Positions 54,964 to 59,221 of a stretch of DNA of 59,221 nt are shown piece after piece (position 1 is the first letter of the stretch; each line of letters opens with the position of its first letter). Source of the DNA: an uncultured bacterium (GTDB lineage: Bacteria; Lernaellota; Lernaellaia; Lernaellales; Lernaellaceae). The stretch spans positions 1-59,221 of the forward strand of contig CAZHPN010000009.1 of assembly GCA_964534375.1 (NCBI GenBank), read 5' to 3'. Made by a program: the position numbers and the translations under genes. The notes under the pieces were generated by a model. That model made no database searches and had not been told where the DNA came from. It worked only from the letters and a program-made list of their open reading frames with translations.

Positions 54964-56538
54964 TTGCCGGCGACGGCGCTGGTCGTTGCGGGCGGTCAGC
55001 ATTCCGAGTTGGATGTCGTGGACGTTCTGTTCATCGCGCCCAAGGCGCTGTACCGCGGTTGGCCGTTTTCCAACGACTTCACGCGACGTATTTTCGCGGC
55101 GCCGTCGGCCGCCTATCCGCAACTGGCCGGCGCGCTGGCGCATCGTCGGGCAGGTTTTCTGGACGGCGCGTTCGAGCCGCTTTCCACCGAAAACTATCTT
55201 CGTCGCGCGGCGGACGCGTCGATTGTCGCGATCGGCGTGGTGGGGCCGACGCTCGCGCTCAACACGGAATTGAACATCCGGCTGATCCGGCGGCGTAATC
55301 CAACGGCGAAAATTATTTTGGGAGGGCACCACCCGACATTTTTTGCCGCCGAGTGGCTCGATAAAGGCGTCGACTACGTCGTGCGCGGCGAGGGCGAAAC
55401 GACCTTTCCGCGCCTGGTTGACGCGGTGCTGGCCGGCGGCGATCCGCGTGGCATTCCGGGCGTTTCGTATCGCGAAAACGGCGCCGTGCGTCACAACCCG
55501 GACGCGCCGTTTGTCGCGAATCTCGACGACTTGCCCTGGCCGGATTGGTCGATCGTCAACTGGGATCTCTACGATCTCGGCCTGCGGCCGGCGGGGCGCA
55601 CCGCCGCCGTCGAGACCTCGCGCGGTTGTCCCCATCGGTGCATTTTTTGCTGCGCCGCGGAACTGTGGCGGCATACGCAGCGCTTCAAGAGCGCCGAACG
55701 CGTCGTCGAGGAGATCAGCCGCCTGGCGGCGACCGGCGTCCGCCAATTGATGATCGCCGACGACAACTTCGGCGCGTCGCTCGCTCGCGATTCGGCGATT
55801 TTTGAAGAACTGCTGCGCCGCGGTCTCGACCTATCTTTCTGGTCGTTCCTGCGAGCCGACATCGCCGTGCAGCATCCGGATTTTGTCGACCTGGCCGCGC
55901 GCGCCGGGTTGCGATTTGTCTGCGTCGGTTTCGAGGCGCTCAATGACGCGACGCTCGACGCGTACGGCAAGAAATTGCAGGGCGGCACGACCGCGCGAGA
56001 TTTCGTCACCGCCTACCGCGCCCTGAAAAAGCGGGGCATCTTCGTCTATGGCACGTTGGTGCGGCACTACTCGCTGGACCAGGAAGAAAAACCGCTGTCG
56101 TGGCGGTCGGCGCGTCGCATTTCGGACATCACCGCGCAAAATCGGTTCATTCCGATGCGCGGGACGCTCGCGGCGGACAAGCTGGCGGCCGCAGGTTACC
56201 AACTGAAAGATCTTTTTTATCACGATCGGTTGCTGCCGGCCTACGAGCGGGACGGCAAACGGCAATCCTCTAAGTTCGCGTTGACCGAATTGCTGGACCT
56301 GATTCATCCCGCGAATTTCCGTAAGATGTTGTGGGGGACGTACGTCGAGAAACGATTTTTCCGGAATCTTTTCCGCGGCCTGCTGAAGGATCTGCTTCAT
56401 TTTCGACCGTTGGCGGCGAAGGTCTTGATCGCGGCGAGCGATGCGCGGCTGTCGTTGGACGATCGGCAGAAGCGAATCGTCCAACTTGTTTTCCAAGCCC
56501 ACCAGCGCTTGTGGGAACAGTCGGCGAGCGGCCGCTAG
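54964..56538 (+). CDS. B12-binding domain radical SAM protein
   Basis: IILGGHHPT, VVRGEGE, ETSRGCPHRCIFC, IADDNF, VGFE. The start may lie further downstream (MDVLFIAP). Confidence 0.9.
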   Translation: MPATALVVAGGQHSELDVVDVLFIAPKALYRGWPFSNDFTRRIFAAPSAAYPQLAGALAHRRAGFLDGAFEPLSTENYLRRAADASIVAIGVVGPTLALNTELNIRLIRRRNPTAKIILGGHHPTFFAAEWLDKGVDYVVRGEGETTFPRLVDAVLAGGDPRGIPGVSYRENGAVRHNPDAPFVANLDDLPWPDWSIVNWDLYDLGLRPAGRTAAVETSRGCPHRCIFCCAAELWRHTQRFKSAERVVEEISRLAATGVRQLMIADDNFGASLARDSAIFEELLRRGLDLSFWSFLRADIAVQHPDFVDLAARAGLRFVCVGFEALNDATLDAYGKKLQGGTTARDFVTAYRALKKRGIFVYGTLVRHYSLDQEEKPLSWRSARRISDITAQNRFIPMRGTLAADKLAAAGYQLKDLFYHDRLLPAYERDGKRQSSKFALTELLDLIHPANFRKMLWGTYVEKRFFRNLFRGLLKDLLHFRPLAAKVLIAASDARLSLDDRQKRIVQLVFQAHQRLWEQSASGR

Positions 56539-56591
56539 TCAACGACGTCGGTCAAACCCGCGGCGTTTTGGTGCGGCGGCGTTTTCACGAT

Positions 56592-58040
56592 TCAACCGTT
56601 CCCCGCGAGCAACTTTCTCGCCAACAACTTCACGGGGTGCAAGATTCGCGCAAGGTAGGCGGGGTTCTTTCGCAGCACCAGCCAAAACAGCCGCGCCAAT
56701 GTCGCCGGGCGCAGATAGAAACGCCGGAACGCGGCCGCGCACGCTCGCTGGATTTCCTCCGCCGTTGCCTGGCAAACCGGCTGGTCGCCGCATTCGCGGT
56801 CGATGGCGCTGCCCGGCAAGACAAACAGCGGATGAAAATCCGCGAGATGCGAGTCGAGCCGCAAGCAACTGCGCACGCTTTCCTCGATCGTCTGCGGCGT
56901 CTCGCCGGGCAGACCGAAGATATAGGTCACGATCGTTAGAATGTTGTGCCGCCGGCAAAGGCGGATGGTCTTGGCGAGTTCCGCCGTCTCGCGCGGGTCG
57001 CGACGGATGGCGTTCAGAATCGCCGGTGAACCGGACTGAACGCCGAACGAAATCGCGGTGCATCCCGCCGCGGCCATCAACGGAATGATTTGTTCACGGC
57101 TTCGGACGAAACTCAGTGGATGCAGATCGCACCGCCAACGAACGCTAAGCCGGCGGGCGACGATCTGTTGGCAGAACTCCGCCATCCACGCCGACCGCTG
57201 GCCGAAAATGTCGTCGACGAATATCAGGTATGCGCCGGGCCACTGCGCTTGAACGGCTTCGATTTCGGCGATGACGTTGCCGACCGAGCGAATTCGGAAC
57301 GTTCGATTCCAGATCTCGTGCGACGTGCAAAACGAGCACCGGTGCGGGCAGCCGCGCGAAGCCGTCATGCTGACGCAAATTCGGCCGCGTTGCGTCGGGT
57401 TGCCGGGTTCGCCGTACAGTGGCGCGAGTTCCGGCGGACGGTGGGGCATCGGCAGCGTATCGAGGTCGTCGACGAGCGGCGCGGAGGGAGTCTGGAAGAC
57501 GGTCGCGTTCACGTCCCGCCCCCAAACGCCGGGAATATCCGCCAAGCGGCCGTTCCCCGCGAGCGCGTCGATCAGTGCGGTCAATCGCGGCTCGCCCTCG
57601 CCGAGGCACACCGCGTCGGCGCCCGCCGCCATGTAGTCGGCCGCTTCGACGACGCCCGGTCCGCCGACAACCACTCGCGCCGCCGTCTCGCGTTTTATCT
57701 CCCGCAGATATCGCAGGGCGTTGTTCTTGACCATGACGTTCGAATAGATCCCGACGACCGGCAAGCCGGTCGCCCGGATTTTTTCCGCCAGAGCGCGCGG
57801 GTCGATCGGACGCACCGTCTGGTCCCAGATCGCGAATGCCCGGCCGGCCTGGCGCATGGTCGCCATCAGGTATTGCAGGCCCAGCGACGGCAAATGCATG
57901 AAGTTCTCGCCGTCGGCCAGCCGCCGATGCCCGGCGTCGATGGCGGGGTGAAACAGAAACATTCCGGGCGGACTCGCCGTCCGCGCTTCGGCGGTTGGCG
58001 AGCGATTGGCGAGGGTCGATTCTGGCATTCGCAAGGTCAC
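56592..58040 (-). CDS. B12-binding domain radical SAM protein
   Basis: LPSLGLQYL, VVVGGPG, LGEGE, TASRGCPHRCSFC, FVDDIF, FGVQSGS, IFGLPGET. Exact start uncertain. Confidence 0.9.
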   Translation of the reverse strand: MTLRMPESTLANRSPTAEARTASPPGMFLFHPAIDAGHRRLADGENFMHLPSLGLQYLMATMRQAGRAFAIWDQTVRPIDPRALAEKIRATGLPVVGIYSNVMVKNNALRYLREIKRETAARVVVGGPGVVEAADYMAAGADAVCLGEGEPRLTALIDALAGNGRLADIPGVWGRDVNATVFQTPSAPLVDDLDTLPMPHRPPELAPLYGEPGNPTQRGRICVSMTASRGCPHRCSFCTSHEIWNRTFRIRSVGNVIAEIEAVQAQWPGAYLIFVDDIFGQRSAWMAEFCQQIVARRLSVRWRCDLHPLSFVRSREQIIPLMAAAGCTAISFGVQSGSPAILNAIRRDPRETAELAKTIRLCRRHNILTIVTYIFGLPGETPQTIEESVRSCLRLDSHLADFHPLFVLPGSAIDRECGDQPVCQATAEEIQRACAAAFRRFYLRPATLARLFWLVLRKNPAYLARILHPVKLLARKLLAGNG

Positions 58041-58449
58041 GGTGCGCCCGTCACCCTCGGCTAGCGGTTTGACGGGAACGCGAACTTTCCGACGCGACCG
58101 ACGCCGTGCGGAGTCGGACTCGCATCAAATACTCGATTTCGGAGGAGCAAACTCCCGACGCGCGATCGTTTCCTCAACCGCCGCACATCGTACGCCTAAT
58201 CGGCGCGGTGTCAAGGATAACGCCGAAGTCCCAGCAATTCCGCAGGCTGAGAAGCGATGGTGCGGCGGGCGGCAGAGGACGCGATCAGGTGGTTCTGCGC
58301 GAACGATTTGCGCCGGGCAGGAGCGCCGACGGCGCGGGCGGGGATGATGATCGCCGCCCGCGCGGGGACATAGCAAAGCGCCTCGGTGGGCGTCGCCACG
58401 GGAATCCCGAGTTCTTTCCCACGTCCTTATTGCCGTTGGCGATCGCGGA

Positions 58450-58923
58450 TCACGATTTCTTGATTTGCTCGCCGAGGTAGATGGGCACGCCTACCTGTGC
58501 GACTTGGTCGAGATGCGCCTCGAGGTCGTCGATGTGGCGCTCTTCGTCTTCGAGAATGTCGTCGAGAAATTCGCGCGTGCCGTTGTCGGCGAGTTCGACG
58601 CACAACTTGATCGCCGCGTTGTAGTTTTTGATCGCCATGTCTTCGGCGGCGCGGTCGTTGGCGAGTTGTTTGGGCACGTCGGCGCCGATCGAGATTTGGT
58701 TCAACTTGCTGACGAGCGGAATCCCGTCGAGAAACAGGATGCGCCCGATGAGTTTTTCGGCGTGCTTCATCTCGTCGATGGCCCGCTTTTCGTTGAACTC
58801 GTGCAAGCGCGCGTAACCCCAGTTGTCGCACATCTCGGAGTGAACCATGTACTGATTGATCGCCGTCAATTCATCCGCCAACAGGCCGTTCAACGCTTCG
58901 ATGACTTTCGGTTGCCCTTTCAT
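58450..58923 (-). CDS. bfr: Bacterioferritin
   Basis: MKGQPKVIEALN..LADELTAINQYMVH, IDEMKHAE, EDEERHID; AAGGAG upstream. Confidence 0.95.
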   Translation of the reverse strand: MKGQPKVIEALNGLLADELTAINQYMVHSEMCDNWGYARLHEFNEKRAIDEMKHAEKLIGRILFLDGIPLVSKLNQISIGADVPKQLANDRAAEDMAIKNYNAAIKLCVELADNGTREFLDDILEDEERHIDDLEAHLDQVAQVGVPIYLGEQIKKS

Positions 58924-59013
58924 CTCCGACTCCTTTTCGTTGGCGCCGGCCGACGCTGGTCGTTGCGGCGGCGCGCTGGGTTTCGTCGAACGCCCGCCGC
59001 TGCCGCGGCGGTG

Positions 59014-59042
59014 AAAAAAGCCCCGGCGACGGCGCCGGGGCT
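59014..59042 (-). terminator. Rho-independent terminator after groEL
   Basis: Minus strand AGCCCCGGCG-CCGT-CGCCGGGGCT followed by a T run. Confidence 0.85.
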
Positions 59043-59076
59043 CTGGCAAAGCATAGCAAACGCCGGGCGGCGCGAA

Positions 59077-59221
59077 TTACATCATGTCGCCCATGCCGCC
59101 CATGCCGCCGCCCCCGCCGGGCATCCGCGGCATCTTGTCGTCCTTCGGCTTGTCGGCGACCATGACCTCGGTGGTCAACAGCACGCCGGACACCGAGGCG
59201 GCATTCTGCAGCGCGCAACGG
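59077..59221 (-). CDS. groEL: Chaperonin GroEL, C-terminal fragment (absent from the ORF track)
   Basis: Manual translation: [51 protein letters not shown]. Confidence 0.95.
   Translation of the reverse strand, partial: RCALQNAASVSGVLLTTEVMVADKPKDDKMPRMPGGGGGMGGMGDMM

Noticed and set aside
52201..58449. RiPP precursor peptide for the radical SAM block
   Set aside because: Small ORFs here (52158..52403, the 5-codon MTILQ at 54828, 58106..58480) lack an RBS or precursor-like features, and no RRE/PqqD domain, peptidase or exporter is seen.
58041..58449. Cobalamin riboswitch upstream of the B12-binding rSAM gene
   Set aside because: Could not find the conserved GGGAA...GCCACTG...AGACC elements by eye; a covariance-model search would settle it.
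58871..59218. 115-aa ORF-track protein at the right edge, and the 199-aa extended bfr ORF
   Set aside because: The first is an off-frame reading of groEL; the bfr extension runs through the groEL terminator, and the real start is 58923.

Overview
High-GC bacterial chromosomal segment. Gene content (Glt/Agl-type TPR cluster, DUF4388-type response regulators, long TamA/TamB) suggests a deltaproteobacterial/Myxococcota-like organism; this is inference. Left to right: (1) a Glt/Nfs-like TPR-GltF-GltG cluster followed by a secreted protein, an outer-membrane beta-barrel and an NDP-sugar epimerase; (2) a convergent, mostly overlapping operon in which Wzm/Wzt glycan-export genes are interleaved with four radical SAM genes and an apparently inactive SGNH protein; (3) FmdB zinc ribbon, GH79 lipoprotein, histidine kinase, agmatinase, two-subunit CoA-transferase, DMT transporter, metallophosphoesterase, OPT transporter, tamA/tamB, tRNA-Gly(CCC) and a degenerate YchF-like protein; (4) a ~1 kb non-coding region with an origin-like array of GCGGATAG repeats around an AT-rich core; (5) a DHS-like gene plus three tandem REC-DUF4388(-J-TPR) paralogs, then UDG, NfeD, slipin and a diguanylate cyclase; (6) a second four-gene radical SAM block containing a Tes/Mss (MJ0619)-family homolog and two B12-binding radical SAM enzymes; (7) bfr and the 3' end of groEL. 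At least eight short 7- or 9-bp tandem-repeat cassettes sit at gene junctions, one of them translated in frame. No CRISPR array, rRNA, integrase or transposase was seen. All family calls come from motif recognition by eye, not from database searches.
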